A stretch of 60,513 nt of DNA, filler included. It is 8 parts of 8 records of this genome, joined end to end, with 100 filler letters (N's around TTAATTAATTAA, not from the genome) between each part and the next. Parts side by side here need not be neighbours in the genome. Positions count along the whole stretch, not along the records: positions 36,370 to 43,749 come from SRR31156797_56644; positions 43,850 to 48,961 come from SRR31156797_56654; positions 49,062 to 54,661 come from SRR31156797_56684; 5 more parts are not named here. One strand, 5' to 3'. The translations under genes and the position numbers were made by a program. Of the stretch, positions 39,969-50,091 are shown piece after piece (position 1 is the stretch's first letter; every line of letters begins with the position of its first letter). Under the pieces are notes generated by a model that did not search any database, was not told where the DNA came from, and worked only from the letters and a program-made list of their open reading frames with translations.

Positions 39969-41141
39969 ATGACTAAAAAATTCTACAAAACCAGGGTGCT
40001 CGCCATAGCGCTGGCTCATAACATCCATGACATTTATACAGCCTTTTTCGCGCCCCTTCTTCCCCTGCTGATCGCCAAACTGGGCATCCCTCTTTCCGCG
40101 GCCGCGGTACTGCAGGTCACCCGTAACGTACCCAGCCTTATCAATCCCCTTCTGGCCCTGGCTGCCGAGAAGAAGGGCATCAAATACTTTCTGATCCTCA
40201 CACCGGGCGTAACGGCCGTTTCCATGAGCCTGATCGGCCTTGCCAACTCCTTTGCCGTTCTGTTTATTCTTCTGTTCGTGGCCGGGATATCGGCGGCCCT
40301 CTTCCACATCCCCTCTCCGGTTATCGTGAAAGACTCTTCGGGCGACAGGGTCGGGACGGGGATGAGCTTTTATATGGTGGGAGGAGAACTTGCCAGAACC
40401 CTGGGCCCCCTCATCGTCACCGCCGCGGTTTCCTTCTGGTCTCTGGAGGAGGTTTGGAAGCTGATGCCCCTGGGGATCCTGGCATCGGTGATCCTTTTTA
40501 TCCGATTCCGGGATTATCAGCCGGCGGAGCATCAGCGGGAGAAGCCGAGGCAGGGGGATGTGAAAATCATCTTCAGAGAGTACGGGCTGTTCTTCACGGC
40601 CCTGGCGGGTTTCCTGATCTTTAACTCGGTAATGAAGATGGCGTTGACCCTTTTCCTGCCTGTCTATCTTACCGAAAAGGGAGCGTCCCTCTGGTACGCG
40701 GGCATTTCCCTTTCTTTCCTTCAGGGCTTCGGCGTGGCGGGAACCTTTCTGGCGGGATCTCTCTCCGACAGGTTCGGAAGAAAGCAGACCCTGTTTATCT
40801 CCTCTGTCGGTACGGTGTTGTTTATGGGATTGTTCAGCCTTATGAACAGCATCGTCTTCCTGAGCTTCCTGGGATTTTTTCTTTTCGCCAGCGGTCCGGT
40901 CCTTCTCGCCCTTGTCCAGGATACGGATACGAGGATGCCCACCTTTATGAACAGCATGTTCTCTGCCATCAATTTCGGAGTCGGTTCCCTGATGGCTTTG
41001 GGAGTCGGATTCCTTGGCGATACCATAGGCCTGTCCCAGAGCTACGTTATCTGCAGCATTCTCGGTATAGGCCTGATTCCTATGGCGCTGCTGCTCCCGG
41101 CTTCACTGGGCAGGCCCCTTTCGCAGGCCGACGCCGTCTGA
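39969..41141 (+). CDS. MFS transporter (Fsr-like)
   Basis: AHNIHD, ALFHIP, GSLSDRFGRK; about 12 TMs. Confidence 0.88.
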   Translation: MTKKFYKTRVLAIALAHNIHDIYTAFFAPLLPLLIAKLGIPLSAAAVLQVTRNVPSLINPLLALAAEKKGIKYFLILTPGVTAVSMSLIGLANSFAVLFILLFVAGISAALFHIPSPVIVKDSSGDRVGTGMSFYMVGGELARTLGPLIVTAAVSFWSLEEVWKLMPLGILASVILFIRFRDYQPAEHQREKPRQGDVKIIFREYGLFFTALAGFLIFNSVMKMALTLFLPVYLTEKGASLWYAGISLSFLQGFGVAGTFLAGSLSDRFGRKQTLFISSVGTVLFMGLFSLMNSIVFLSFLGFFLFASGPVLLALVQDTDTRMPTFMNSMFSAINFGVGSLMALGVGFLGDTIGLSQSYVICSILGIGLIPMALLLPASLGRPLSQADAV

Positions 41142-41217
41142 CAGTCCGGATCCTGCCGTACTGTCCGGATTGCCTCTCAGTTCTTTTCTCAGGAATAACA
41201 GAAGGGGGAACGGTTTT

Positions 41218-41961
41218 TTAAAACTCCTCCAGCTCCAATGATAGTTCGGAGAGGCAGGTGTCGTTATAATGGCTTCCCCTGTATACATCGTCAATCGATA
41301 GTCTGAGAGCGATGAATCCGTAGACTTCCGTCATAAGACGAAGGCTCGTCCCATCGCTGAAGAGCGCGTCCTCCGACAGGCCCGTCTCTTCCAGCATCAT
41401 CTTCAGGAAATAGGGATTCTCTGATGTGAACTCCTGTAGAACGGTTCGGCAGAGATCGAACTGTTCCTCAGGGCTCCATGACAATTTGAAACTCTGTGTT
41501 TCCATAATATCTTTTACTGAAAGAATCTCTTCCGATCTGAACTCTTTCAGGAGGTACAGCCGGGCATCTGTTTCGCTGATCATCCCGGGAGCTGTGAATC
41601 CTATGAGGAGAGAGAGCTTTAAGCTTCGTATTCTGTTGTTCTTTTCATAGAGGGAAGGAGACTTGGCATAACCGTTTACCAGAGCCAGTCCCGTCACGGC
41701 CCGATTGACAAGTACCGTCAGGGTCTCTCCGATTCCCTCCCCGGGAAATCCCTCTCCGGGAATCCCTTCGACCCAGGCCGTCGTCCTGTCGCCGTCAAAG
41801 AGATTCTCGGGAGGATAGTGATAGACCCTGCTTCCCAGAGTCTCGCTCAGGGCGGAAGACGCCCAAAGCGACTCCCCGGGAAGAACAGGAAATTCCTCCC
41901 ACTGCGCATGGAGCGCAAAGACGCAGATCAGCAACAGAATCAGAAGGAATCCGTTTCTCAT
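41218..41961 (-). CDS. Secreted protein with discoidin-like / NADase-type glycan-binding domain
   Basis: Signal peptide, NLFDGDRTTAWVEG, NGYAKS...KNNRIR, DVYRGSHYNDTCLSEL. Confidence 0.75.
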   Translation of the reverse strand: MRNGFLLILLLICVFALHAQWEEFPVLPGESLWASSALSETLGSRVYHYPPENLFDGDRTTAWVEGIPGEGFPGEGIGETLTVLVNRAVTGLALVNGYAKSPSLYEKNNRIRSLKLSLLIGFTAPGMISETDARLYLLKEFRSEEILSVKDIMETQSFKLSWSPEEQFDLCRTVLQEFTSENPYFLKMMLEETGLSEDALFSDGTSLRLMTEVYGFIALRLSIDDVYRGSHYNDTCLSELSLELEEF

Positions 41962-41971
41962 CAAGCCGCCC

Positions 41972-42313
41972 TCAGCCCTGATAGGAGGCCTTGGAAAATG
42001 CAAGATAGGGATAATAGATAAAGCTGACGAGTAGGGCGGGCACAGTATGCCATGCAGGCTGTCCGAAGCAAAGGCAGAGATTGTAAATGATCAGTATGAC
42101 AAACACTACATTGACAATGGGAATGAAGAGCATGATGATCCACCACATAGGTTTCTTCACGATCTGCAGCATGACAACGATGTTATAGATCGGGATCAAT
42201 ATGGCCCAGCCGGGCTTGCCGGCCTTTGTAAAGATCTTCCAGTTGGCTACGATCAGAACCACTGATACGATTAACCAGAATACGACCAGGAGAGGATTCG
42301 ACGATTCATACAT
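41972..42313 (-). CDS. DUF5684-type small membrane protein
   Basis: WKIFTKAGKPGWAILIPIYN; AGGAG RBS. Confidence 0.85.
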   Translation of the reverse strand: MYESSNPLLVVFWLIVSVVLIVANWKIFTKAGKPGWAILIPIYNIVVMLQIVKKPMWWIIMLFIPIVNVVFVILIIYNLCLCFGQPAWHTVPALLVSFIYYPYLAFSKASYQG

Positions 42314-42574
42314 ACAAAAGCTCCTTTAAACTGATGTGTTATGACGGGTACCGATTACCCGTCGCGTTCACTGTATTATTAAAAAGCATTTCTATGTTTA
42401 ATATTATAGTCTATGTCATGCTGATTTCAAAATATAATCGTTTGCATGGATTTGTCCTTGCGCCGCAATGATCTCTGAAAAAATCTATGTTATTGAGGAA
42501 CGGTTTGATGAGTACGAATATGGATCCGAAAACCCGGGGAGAACCCGGACCTTCAGCCCACCGGTTCTGGTTTT

Positions 42575-42877
42575 CTATTTATCGGCTGCTTTCAGCATAT
42601 TCTCATAGGAGAGCTTTGCCAGTTTGTAGCGGAATTTGGAAAAGGGATTTCTGGCCCGCTTGATAATGATTTCAATGCTTGTGAGATTCAGTTTCAGCAC
42701 ACTCTTCTGCACATTGGCTTTAAGGCTCTTGAAGCCCTTGCTGCCCGGAGCCTGGCCGGACTGTAAAAAATCGTTCAACGCCCTTCTGTCGGATCCTGAC
42801 AAAAGCTTCTGTATCCTTTTAAGCTGTTTTTCCTGTTTGGACTGTATCTCTTTCATCACTTCGGGTTTTAATTTCAA
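42575..42877 (-). CDS. Basic hypothetical protein
   Basis: Lys-rich 100-aa ORF with AAGGAG upstream. Confidence 0.55.
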   Translation of the reverse strand: MKLKPEVMKEIQSKQEKQLKRIQKLLSGSDRRALNDFLQSGQAPGSKGFKSLKANVQKSVLKLNLTSIEIIIKRARNPFSKFRYKLAKLSYENMLKAADK

Positions 42878-43014
42878 CGGTTCCTGCTCCTTGGCAATTT
42901 TATTACATCAGTATCAGGATGGAATAGTACTATAGATACGGGGGGATGGAAAGGAGTTTCCAGGGACAGGTGCCTGATCGCTGTGTCAGAACAGTCTCTG
43001 CCGGACACGGAAAC

Positions 43015-43749
43015 TCATGCTTCAAGGACCTTTATCATCTGTTCGGGATCTGCCGCCGCGCTGAGCAGGGAAGACTTGTCCCGGGGCTTTCCGATATAAT
43101 AGCCCTGAGAATAGTCGATCCCCATCTCCAGAACCTTTTTGTATATCTCCCTGTTAGAGACATACTCGGCAATGATATCAACCTTCAAATCCTTACAGAA
43201 GAAAACAATGTTCTTGACCATATTGTATGCGGTCTTGTCCCTGCATACATTCTGAATCAGGGAGCCGTCGATCTTGATGCAGTCGATATTCAGGTCGATG
43301 AGATACTCGAAGTTGGAGTAGCCCGAACCGAAATCGTCAAGCGCGATCCTGCAGTTGTAGCGCTTCAGCTCATTGAAAACCGACTTGACTCTGACAATGT
43401 CTGAAATCTGTGTGGTCTCAAGGATCTCGAACTGAATCCTGTGAGACAGACTATGGTTATTCTTCAGCATCAGCATGATGTACTGCATGGTGAAAGGGTC
43501 GGTGAGATCCTCCACAGAGAGATTGATAGAAAGATCGCAATAGGTATTCTTCAGGGTCGCAAAGCTCTTATTCACCATAGTCCTGGTCAACTTCGAGTAG
43601 TAATGGGTCGAGCTCAGATAAGGCATAAACACATGAGGACTGTGCACTGTGCCGTCCTCATCGACAAATCGGGCCAGACACTCGTACTTTTTTATCACTC
43701 CGGTTCTGTTGCATAGAATGGGCTGATAGTAGGAGCAAAAGCGATCGAA
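43015..43749 (-). CDS. EAL-domain phosphodiesterase, 5'-truncated
   Basis: YYQPI, ECLAR, SINLS, FEILE, ALDDFGSGYS, IKIDGS, SQGY. Confidence 0.92.
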   Translation of the reverse strand, partial: FDRFCSYYQPILCNRTGVIKKYECLARFVDEDGTVHSPHVFMPYLSSTHYYSKLTRTMVNKSFATLKNTYCDLSINLSVEDLTDPFTMQYIMLMLKNNHSLSHRIQFEILETTQISDIVRVKSVFNELKRYNCRIALDDFGSGYSNFEYLIDLNIDCIKIDGSLIQNVCRDKTAYNMVKNIVFFCKDLKVDIIAEYVSNREIYKKVLEMGIDYSQGYYIGKPRDKSSLLSAAADPEQMIKVLEA

Positions 43750-43849
43750 NNNNNNNNNNNNNNNNNNNNNNNNNNNNNNNNNNNNNNNNNNNNTTAATTA
43801 ATTAANNNNNNNNNNNNNNNNNNNNNNNNNNNNNNNNNNNNNNNNNNNN
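43750..43849. other. Artificial contig linker
   Basis: N44-TTAATTAATTAA-N44. Confidence 0.98.
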
Positions 43850-43850
43850 C

Positions 43851-44978
43851 GGGGGGATCGCCCATGATTTCAACAATATTCTTGGGATCATTCTTGGTAA
43901 CTATGAATTGGCCGTTGAGGATATCCCCGAGGATCATACCGCCCGGTTAAACCTTGAAGAGATCATGAAAGCAAGCGTTCGGGCCAAGGAGGTGGTGAGC
44001 CAGCTGTTGAGTTTTTCCCGGGATGAAGGGGTGGAGCAAAAGCCCGTGGCCCTGGACGCCGTTGTCAAGGACTCCCTGGTGCTGTTGAGGGCCTTCATTC
44101 CCGGCTCCATCGAGATTCAGCAAACCCTGTTGACCGATTCCTGCATCATTCTGGCCGATGCTTCCCAGATTCACCAGGTGCTGATCAACCTGTGTATGAA
44201 TGCCGTACATGCAATGGAAGATGAGGGCGGCGTTCTGGAAATCGCCGTCTCCAACGTCAATATCGCTGACGGGTCCGGGTTTCAAGGGCAGGTACTCGAA
44301 CCGGGGAACTATGTGAGGCTCAGTGTGAAGGATTCGGGCCACGGCATTGATTCCACCATACAAGGGAACGTGTTTGATCCCTATTTTACCACCCGGTCCC
44401 AGGGTAAGGGCTCGGGAATGGGGCTATCCGTGGTCCACGGAATTGTCCGGAACCATGGCGGTGCCATCACCATAAAGAATAATCCCGAATGCGGTACCGT
44501 TGTTGAGATCCTTTTCCCCCGGGAGCCTGGAGATGTGGCTTCCCCGGGAATGGGGGAGGAATGTGCCCGGCGGGGGGAAACCGTTCTGGTGGTGGACGAT
44601 GAGGAATCCCTGTTGATAATGGTGAAACAGATGCTTGAACGGCTTGGGTACTCCGTGAGGGCTGCCGTCTCGCCAGCGGAGGCCCTGGAAGCGTTCTGCC
44701 GGGATCCGGACCTGTTTGACCTGGTGATCACCGGCATGGCCATGCCCGGCATGTCGGGGGAGCGGTTCTCAACCGAGATCAGCAGTGTCGTGCCCGATAT
44801 TCCCATCATTATCTGCACGGGAGGCTGTGTTGAAGCAGCGTCCGAAGTGGCCTGCAACCCGGGCGGGATGGAATATTTACAAAAACCCTTTGACAAACAC
44901 CGGCTGGCCATTGCGGTGAGGAACGCCATCGACAGGAGGGGCGACTCCCCCGATGCCCGGCCTTCACCATCTGTTTGA
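43851..44978 (+). CDS. Hybrid histidine kinase / receiver, 5'-truncated
   Basis: GGIAHDFNN H-box; N, G1, F, G2 boxes; receiver VVDDE...LVITGMAMP...KP. Confidence 0.92.
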   Translation, partial: GGIAHDFNNILGIILGNYELAVEDIPEDHTARLNLEEIMKASVRAKEVVSQLLSFSRDEGVEQKPVALDAVVKDSLVLLRAFIPGSIEIQQTLLTDSCIILADASQIHQVLINLCMNAVHAMEDEGGVLEIAVSNVNIADGSGFQGQVLEPGNYVRLSVKDSGHGIDSTIQGNVFDPYFTTRSQGKGSGMGLSVVHGIVRNHGGAITIKNNPECGTVVEILFPREPGDVASPGMGEECARRGETVLVVDDEESLLIMVKQMLERLGYSVRAAVSPAEALEAFCRDPDLFDLVITGMAMPGMSGERFSTEISSVVPDIPIIICTGGCVEAASEVACNPGGMEYLQKPFDKHRLAIAVRNAIDRRGDSPDARPSPSV

Positions 44979-45017
44979 TCGGAAGGCGGGCATCTGGTTT
45001 GGAAGGGGGGCTATTGT

Positions 45018-46238
45018 TTAACGATGGGATTGGGCCTGGGCCTGGGCGTAGCGTGGCCGGCTGTTGGGCCGTTTTTTCCGGAAGGAGTTCGGTTGGGTTG
45101 AAATCGTTCGCTCCTGGTCAAAGCCTTCCATGGTTTTAACGGGAATTTTATTGTTGAGCAGCCGCTGGATATCCCTGAGCAGTTTCTGCTCCTCCCGGCA
45201 TACCAGTGAGATGGCGATTCCCTGGGCGCCGGCCCGGCCGGTCCGGCCGATCCTGTGGACATAATCTTCGGGTACGTTGGGCAGGTCAAAATTGACCACA
45301 TGGGGCAGCATGTCAATGTCAAGTCCCCTTGCCGCAATGTCCGTGGCCACAAGTGCCCTGATCTTTCCGCTCTTGAAATCGGCAAGGGCCCGGGTTCTGG
45401 CGGTCTGGCTCTTGTTGCCGTGGATGGCCGCAGCCTGTATCCCGTCCTTGATCAACTGTTTTGTCAGTCTGTTTGCCCCGTGTTTTGTACGGGTGAACAC
45501 CAGCACCTTGTTCCAGTCCCCGGTTCTGATCAGTTTTGAGAGAAGTTCGCGTTTTCGCGTCCGGGCAACCGGATAGACCGCCTGGGTCACGCCGTCGGCG
45601 GCCTTGTTGGCCGGGGAGACCTCGATGAGTTCGGGGTCGTTGAGCAGTTTGTCCGCAAGGCGTTTGATCTCGGGGGAATAGGTGGCGGAAAAGAGCATGT
45701 TTTGACGACGCTTGGGAAGCAGCTTCAGCACTTTCCGGATGTCGTGGATGAATCCCATGTCCAGCATGCGGTCTGCCTCATCCAGGACAAGAATCTCCAG
45801 CCGGGAGAGGTCCAGGGTCTTGCGGCCCGCATGGTCCAGGAGCCGTCCCGGTGTCGCCACCAGGATGTCCACTCCCCGTTTGAGTCGATCGATCTGGGGA
45901 TTGATGCCCACGCCGCCGAAAATGACGGTTGACCGCAGGGATAGGGACCGGCCCAGGCTTTCGAAGGTTTCCTGGATCTGGGCTGCCAGTTCCCTGGTGG
46001 GGGTGAGTACAAGGCATCGTGGCTTGCATGACTTGCCCTTGGTGTTGCCCAGCAGTTGAAGGATGGGCAGTGCAAAGGCTGCGGTTTTTCCGGTGCCGGT
46101 CTGGGCACCGGCAAGCACGTCTTTTTTCTGGAGAATGACCGGGATGGCCTCGGCCTGGACAGGGGTGGGGCTTGTGTAGCCCTCTGCCGCAACGGCACGT
46201 AACAGTTCGGCCTTAAGACCAAAATTTTCAAATGACAT
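45018..46238 (-). CDS. rhlE: DEAD-box RNA helicase
   Basis: [40 protein letters not shown]. Confidence 0.92.
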   Translation of the reverse strand: MSFENFGLKAELLRAVAAEGYTSPTPVQAEAIPVILQKKDVLAGAQTGTGKTAAFALPILQLLGNTKGKSCKPRCLVLTPTRELAAQIQETFESLGRSLSLRSTVIFGGVGINPQIDRLKRGVDILVATPGRLLDHAGRKTLDLSRLEILVLDEADRMLDMGFIHDIRKVLKLLPKRRQNMLFSATYSPEIKRLADKLLNDPELIEVSPANKAADGVTQAVYPVARTRKRELLSKLIRTGDWNKVLVFTRTKHGANRLTKQLIKDGIQAAAIHGNKSQTARTRALADFKSGKIRALVATDIAARGLDIDMLPHVVNFDLPNVPEDYVHRIGRTGRAGAQGIAISLVCREEQKLLRDIQRLLNNKIPVKTMEGFDQERTISTQPNSFRKKRPNSRPRYAQAQAQSHR

Positions 46239-46710
46239 ATATATAATATTCCTGAATCCGCCCCCCCATTATCATGGGGCCAGTCTAGGCAAGGTAAGTT
46301 TTATTGCATGAATGGGGGCTGGAATAACACAACCGCTATACTGCAGACACCGACCGGAAGGTGTATGAAGTTAACAAAAGAGTTAACAAAGAAATAGAGA
46401 CGCTATCACATCCGGGACGTAAACAACAGGAAAAAAAATAAAAAGGCGATTATTTTTTTTTGTTCTCTTGCTTGTGAATCGGGCGTTTTTGCGCCATTTG
46501 GGCGGCCATGGCCCTGGAATCAGGTGTAAAAAAATTGCTTTAATTGGTTTAAAAAGTTTGCATTATTTTTTTTAAAACGGTACATTTGCAGAAGGCATCG
46601 TGGAGGATGCATCGGTTTCGTTCTAAAGGGGGAGATTATTCTATTTGTCGCTGTGGCAAAAACCTTAAGTATGGAACTATTAACATATATATTGCAAGGA
46701 GATTGTCTCA

Positions 46711-46911
46711 ATGGCAGAAGGAATTGTAAAGTGGTTTAACGACACAAAAGGTTTTGGATTTATCGAGCAGGAAAATGGTCCCGACGTATTTGTTCATCAT
46801 TCAGGAATTAACGCGAGCGGTTTCCGGTCTCTGAACGAGGGTGACCGGGTCACTTTCGATATCGAAGAGGGCCAGAAGGGTCCTGCGGCAGTTAATGTAA
46901 CTGCACAGTAG
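46711..46911 (+). CDS. cspA: Cold-shock protein
   Basis: [23 protein letters not shown]. Confidence 0.95.
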   Translation: MAEGIVKWFNDTKGFGFIEQENGPDVFVHHSGINASGFRSLNEGDRVTFDIEEGQKGPAAVNVTAQ

Positions 46912-46986
46912 TCATTTTCGGCACTCCGCCTACTCCCTGGACGGAGTGCCTCCCATTCCCATTCATTATCCTTCCTTTTTTCTATC

Positions 46987-47292
46987 TTAATCGCGGTTCG
47001 GTTTTTTAAATCCTGAAACGATCCAGAAGATGGCCCAGCCTGCTGCAACCGGCGCGATTCCCACGGAGATGAAGTCTGTGAGGTTCCGGAGGTGCCACGG
47101 TTTTAACAGAAGGGCTGCTGCCAGCGGAATCATGACGGACAGGGTGATGCCGATGCGCATTCTGCCGGACAGGTTGGTCTTTTTTTTCCTGGTCCGTGTC
47201 CCTCTCTTTTCCCCGGGGAGCATCCTTGGGACAAGGACAATGGCAATGATGATCAAAAGTAGTGTGAGTATTTCCTGTATTCCCGCCAACAA
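46987..47292 (-). CDS. Small 3-TM hypothetical protein
   Basis: AGGAG RBS, hydrophobic segments with a basic loop. Confidence 0.65.
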   Translation of the reverse strand: MLAGIQEILTLLLIIIAIVLVPRMLPGEKRGTRTRKKKTNLSGRMRIGITLSVMIPLAAALLLKPWHLRNLTDFISVGIAPVAAGWAIFWIVSGFKKPNRD

Positions 47293-47340
47293 GCAGCTCC
47301 TATATTAAAAAAAACATTCAAATTGGGTCGCCTCCGGCCT

Positions 47341-48837
47341 TCAGGTGGCGTGGAGGGCTTTTACCCGGTTTCTGTCGATATTGCCCCGGGCGTCTTTGGG
47401 AAGCGTTTCCACAAAATCCACATGGCCGGGTTTTTTGTATCTGGCAATCCTTGCCCCCACAAATTCGATCAGGCCGGATGCGGTTAGCGGTGAACCCGCT
47501 TTTTTTACGCAGACGGCCTTTACACCCTCTCCGAATTTGGGATCCGGGACGCCGATAACACAGCACTCCGTGATGTCCGGATGTTCCTGTATCACGGCTT
47601 CGACCTCGGCCGGGTAGACGTTTTCGCCACCGGGCTTGATCAGCTCTTTTTCGGGCTTTCTCCCTTCAAACCAGAGGTATCCGTCCGGATCGATCCGTCC
47701 CAGGTCTCCAGTGTGGTGCCACCCGTTTCTGATGCTTGACCGGTCAAGGTCGCCCTTGTCCCAGAAGCCCTGGAAAACCAGGGGGCCTCTGACACCGATC
47801 TCTCCGATCGTATCGACAGGACACTCCATATCATTTTCATCGAGAATTGCAACCTTTGATATCACGCCCTCCCTTCCTGCCGATCCCGGACGTTCCGCAC
47901 TGTCGCCAAGGGTGGCAAAGCCCGATGTTTCGCTCTGGCCGTAAAGGGCCCAGAAGCGGCTGCCGGTTTGTCGGGTAAAGGCGCGCATGGTATCGGGGGC
48001 GTCGATGCCCGTGACAATCCTGAGGGACGAAAGGTCTGCCGGGGTGGTCTCCAGGGTGCTCATCAGGGTGGTCAGGATGGGCGGAAAGCTTGCCATGAGG
48101 GTGATTCGCTCTTTTTCCGTGAGGCTGAGGGCCTGGGCAGGGTCGAATTTCTCCATCACCACGTTGCCGCCTCCCATCTGCATCACTGAAAAGGCAAGGT
48201 TGATGCCGGTGATGTGAAACAGGGGCAGCATGTTCAAATAGATGTCGTTTTGGGTGAGGGCCATGGCAATGGCTGTCTGGAGGTTGCTTGAGATAATGTT
48301 GCCGTGGGAGAGGGTGGCTCCCCGGGGAGTGCCGGCGATGGCCGCTGTGTAGATGAGGCAGAAGGGGTCATTGTTGCCTGCGGGTGGAAAGGATTTGGTT
48401 TCTCCTTTCAAAAGCGCCTGGAACGGGATGGCGCCGGCGGGCCCTTCCGGATCAAAACAGACCTGTTGCCCCGCAAAATCACACCGGTTGGCCTGGGTTG
48501 CGTCCACAACCAGGAGTCTGGGAGACGCGTCCTTGAGAATGTAATTGATTTCGCTGTCCGACAGGCGCCAGTTGATGGGGACCACAATGGCTCCCAGGGC
48601 TGCCGCACCGCCATAGAGGGTCAGGTAGTCGTTCCGGTTCATGGATAGAACCGCAATCCTGTCGTTTTTTGTGATGCCGAGGTCGGAAAGACCGGCGGCA
48701 AGACCATTGACCCGGTCAAGCAGGGCCTTGAAAGACAAGGTGCCGTGGCGGTCCGTTGCTGCTTTTCTGTCCGGAAAGAGGCGCGCGTTTCTGTCAAAAA
48801 TATCATGGATGCCGTAAATATGGTGTGACATATTCAT
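47341..48837 (-). CDS. AMP-binding (acyl-CoA synthetase-like) protein with divergent motifs
   Basis: YTAAIAGTPRG, LPLFHI, YGQSE, HTGDLG, GGENVYPAEVE. Confidence 0.9.
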   Translation of the reverse strand: MNMSHHIYGIHDIFDRNARLFPDRKAATDRHGTLSFKALLDRVNGLAAGLSDLGITKNDRIAVLSMNRNDYLTLYGGAAALGAIVVPINWRLSDSEINYILKDASPRLLVVDATQANRCDFAGQQVCFDPEGPAGAIPFQALLKGETKSFPPAGNNDPFCLIYTAAIAGTPRGATLSHGNIISSNLQTAIAMALTQNDIYLNMLPLFHITGINLAFSVMQMGGGNVVMEKFDPAQALSLTEKERITLMASFPPILTTLMSTLETTPADLSSLRIVTGIDAPDTMRAFTRQTGSRFWALYGQSETSGFATLGDSAERPGSAGREGVISKVAILDENDMECPVDTIGEIGVRGPLVFQGFWDKGDLDRSSIRNGWHHTGDLGRIDPDGYLWFEGRKPEKELIKPGGENVYPAEVEAVIQEHPDITECCVIGVPDPKFGEGVKAVCVKKAGSPLTASGLIEFVGARIARYKKPGHVDFVETLPKDARGNIDRNRVKALHAT

Positions 48838-48931
48838 ATTTCCTTTTATATAGATAAAGGGTGGTAGAATCGTGTCTGGTATCAAAGCATCTGTAGCAAG
48901 TGTGGGATTTAATTTCAAGGAAGGATTGTTT

Positions 48932-48961
48932 TGGAGCGGGAAACGGGATTTGAACCCGCGA
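48932..48961 (-). tRNA. tRNA 3' fragment, probably tRNA-Gly
   Basis: Minus strand TCGCGGGTTCAAATCCCGTTTCCCGCTCCA (T-arm, acceptor stem, CCA); anticodon lost at the contig end. Confidence 0.8.
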
Positions 48962-49061
48962 NNNNNNNNNNNNNNNNNNNNNNNNNNNNNNNNNNNNNNN
49001 NNNNNTTAATTAATTAANNNNNNNNNNNNNNNNNNNNNNNNNNNNNNNNNNNNNNNNNNNN
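48962..49061. other. Artificial contig linker
   Basis: N44-TTAATTAATTAA-N44. Confidence 0.98.
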
Positions 49062-49077
49062 AATGAAGACGGATAAA

Positions 49078-49100
49078 CCGCTTATTTGGAAACGTTGGGT
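49078..49100 (+). mobile_element. 3' half of an integron attC site
   Basis: CCGCTTATTTGGAAAC-GTTGGGT; this R' box nearly complements CCCCAAC (49893-49899) after the next gene. Confidence 0.55.
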
Positions 49101-49187
49101 GCCTCCCTTCAAGCTGTCAATGCGTTGTAGAAAGCAATCAGGGTGTAAAACTGGGAGTTGCATGAATCATAGTCGATGGAGAGGACA

Positions 49188-49886
49188 ATGGACAAGCAAG
49201 GTTTTCAACGATTCCTGAAGAAATCCGGCAAAAAAGCGCACGTCGTCGAGGGATTGATAAATCGAGTCCATGCATATGAGGTCTATTTGACCGACAAGCA
49301 GCAAAACAATGTGAAAGCTGCAAATGAGCAGGATCTGAGAGACTACGTTAAAGGCCTCCCTCAGAGGGAGGTTAAAGGGCAGATGCGTGCTCTGGCACTG
49401 TACTTTCGGTTTATGGGGAATGCTTCCCTGTCGAGACTATCGAGCGACTTCCGAGAGCAAGTGATTGCTAAAACCAGGAAATCACTTAAACTACGCGAGT
49501 TTCGTGGTGTGAGTTTGGAAGAAATCGCTAAACTGGAAACCGTCGGGATCATCACCGTTGAGCACATGCTGAATGCTGGCAAGACACCCAGAGCTCGCCA
49601 GCAGTTGGCTGAACAGACGGGCATTTCCCTACAGGCTATTCTGGAACTGGTCAAGCTTTCGGATTTATCCCGCCTTGGAGCTGTCAAGAGTGTGCGTGCC
49701 CGGCTATATTACGATGCCGGTATAGATACACCCGACAAATTCACCCAATGGGAGCCTGAAGCCTTGCAGCAGATGCTTGACGAATTCGTGCAGCGTACTG
49801 GTTTTGATGGCATAGCTCCACGGCCCAAGGAAGTACGGTACACAATAAAAAAAGCCCGACAATTACCGGAAGCTGTTCAATATTGA
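49188..49886 (+). CDS. DUF4332-domain protein (probable gene cassette)
   Basis: KLETVGIITVEHMLNAGKTP..R..LAEQTGIS, SDLSRLGAV, AGIDT; GAGG RBS. Confidence 0.8.
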   Translation: MDKQGFQRFLKKSGKKAHVVEGLINRVHAYEVYLTDKQQNNVKAANEQDLRDYVKGLPQREVKGQMRALALYFRFMGNASLSRLSSDFREQVIAKTRKSLKLREFRGVSLEEIAKLETVGIITVEHMLNAGKTPRARQQLAEQTGISLQAILELVKLSDLSRLGAVKSVRARLYYDAGIDTPDKFTQWEPEALQQMLDEFVQRTGFDGIAPRPKEVRYTIKKARQLPEAVQY

Positions 49887-49892
49887 GTTACA

Positions 49893-49916
49893 CCCCAACA
49901 AATTTCTGCAACGGAG
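49893..49916 (+). mobile_element. Degenerate attC left half
   Basis: CCCCAAC-N5-TCTGCAA-CGGA just after the stop codon; right half not recognisable. Confidence 0.4.
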
Positions 49917-50091
49917 GGGCAACCTTGGAGAGGTCGGAAGAAGCAAAAGCCGTCCTGTAACGGGACGGATAGAGCCAGCAACACGGCTCACGTAAAAATC
50001 GGGGCCATCGGAACCGACGAAACGCGTGCAGACGTCCGACTGGTGTTTGATTGCGAGAGAGTTTGGAGAACCTTTTTTAGATAGGAAAGAT

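Noticed and set aside
1-43880. Contig 1 ends and contig 6 begins at the same GGIAHDFN H-box, suggesting two halves of one kinase
   Set aside because: Codons differ (GGC GGC ATT GCC CAC GAC versus GGG GGG ATC GCC CAT GAT), so these are different genes.
49995-50045. Hammerhead-like segment (stem, CGAAAC, stem, GTC)
   Set aside because: The essential CUGANGA core is absent.
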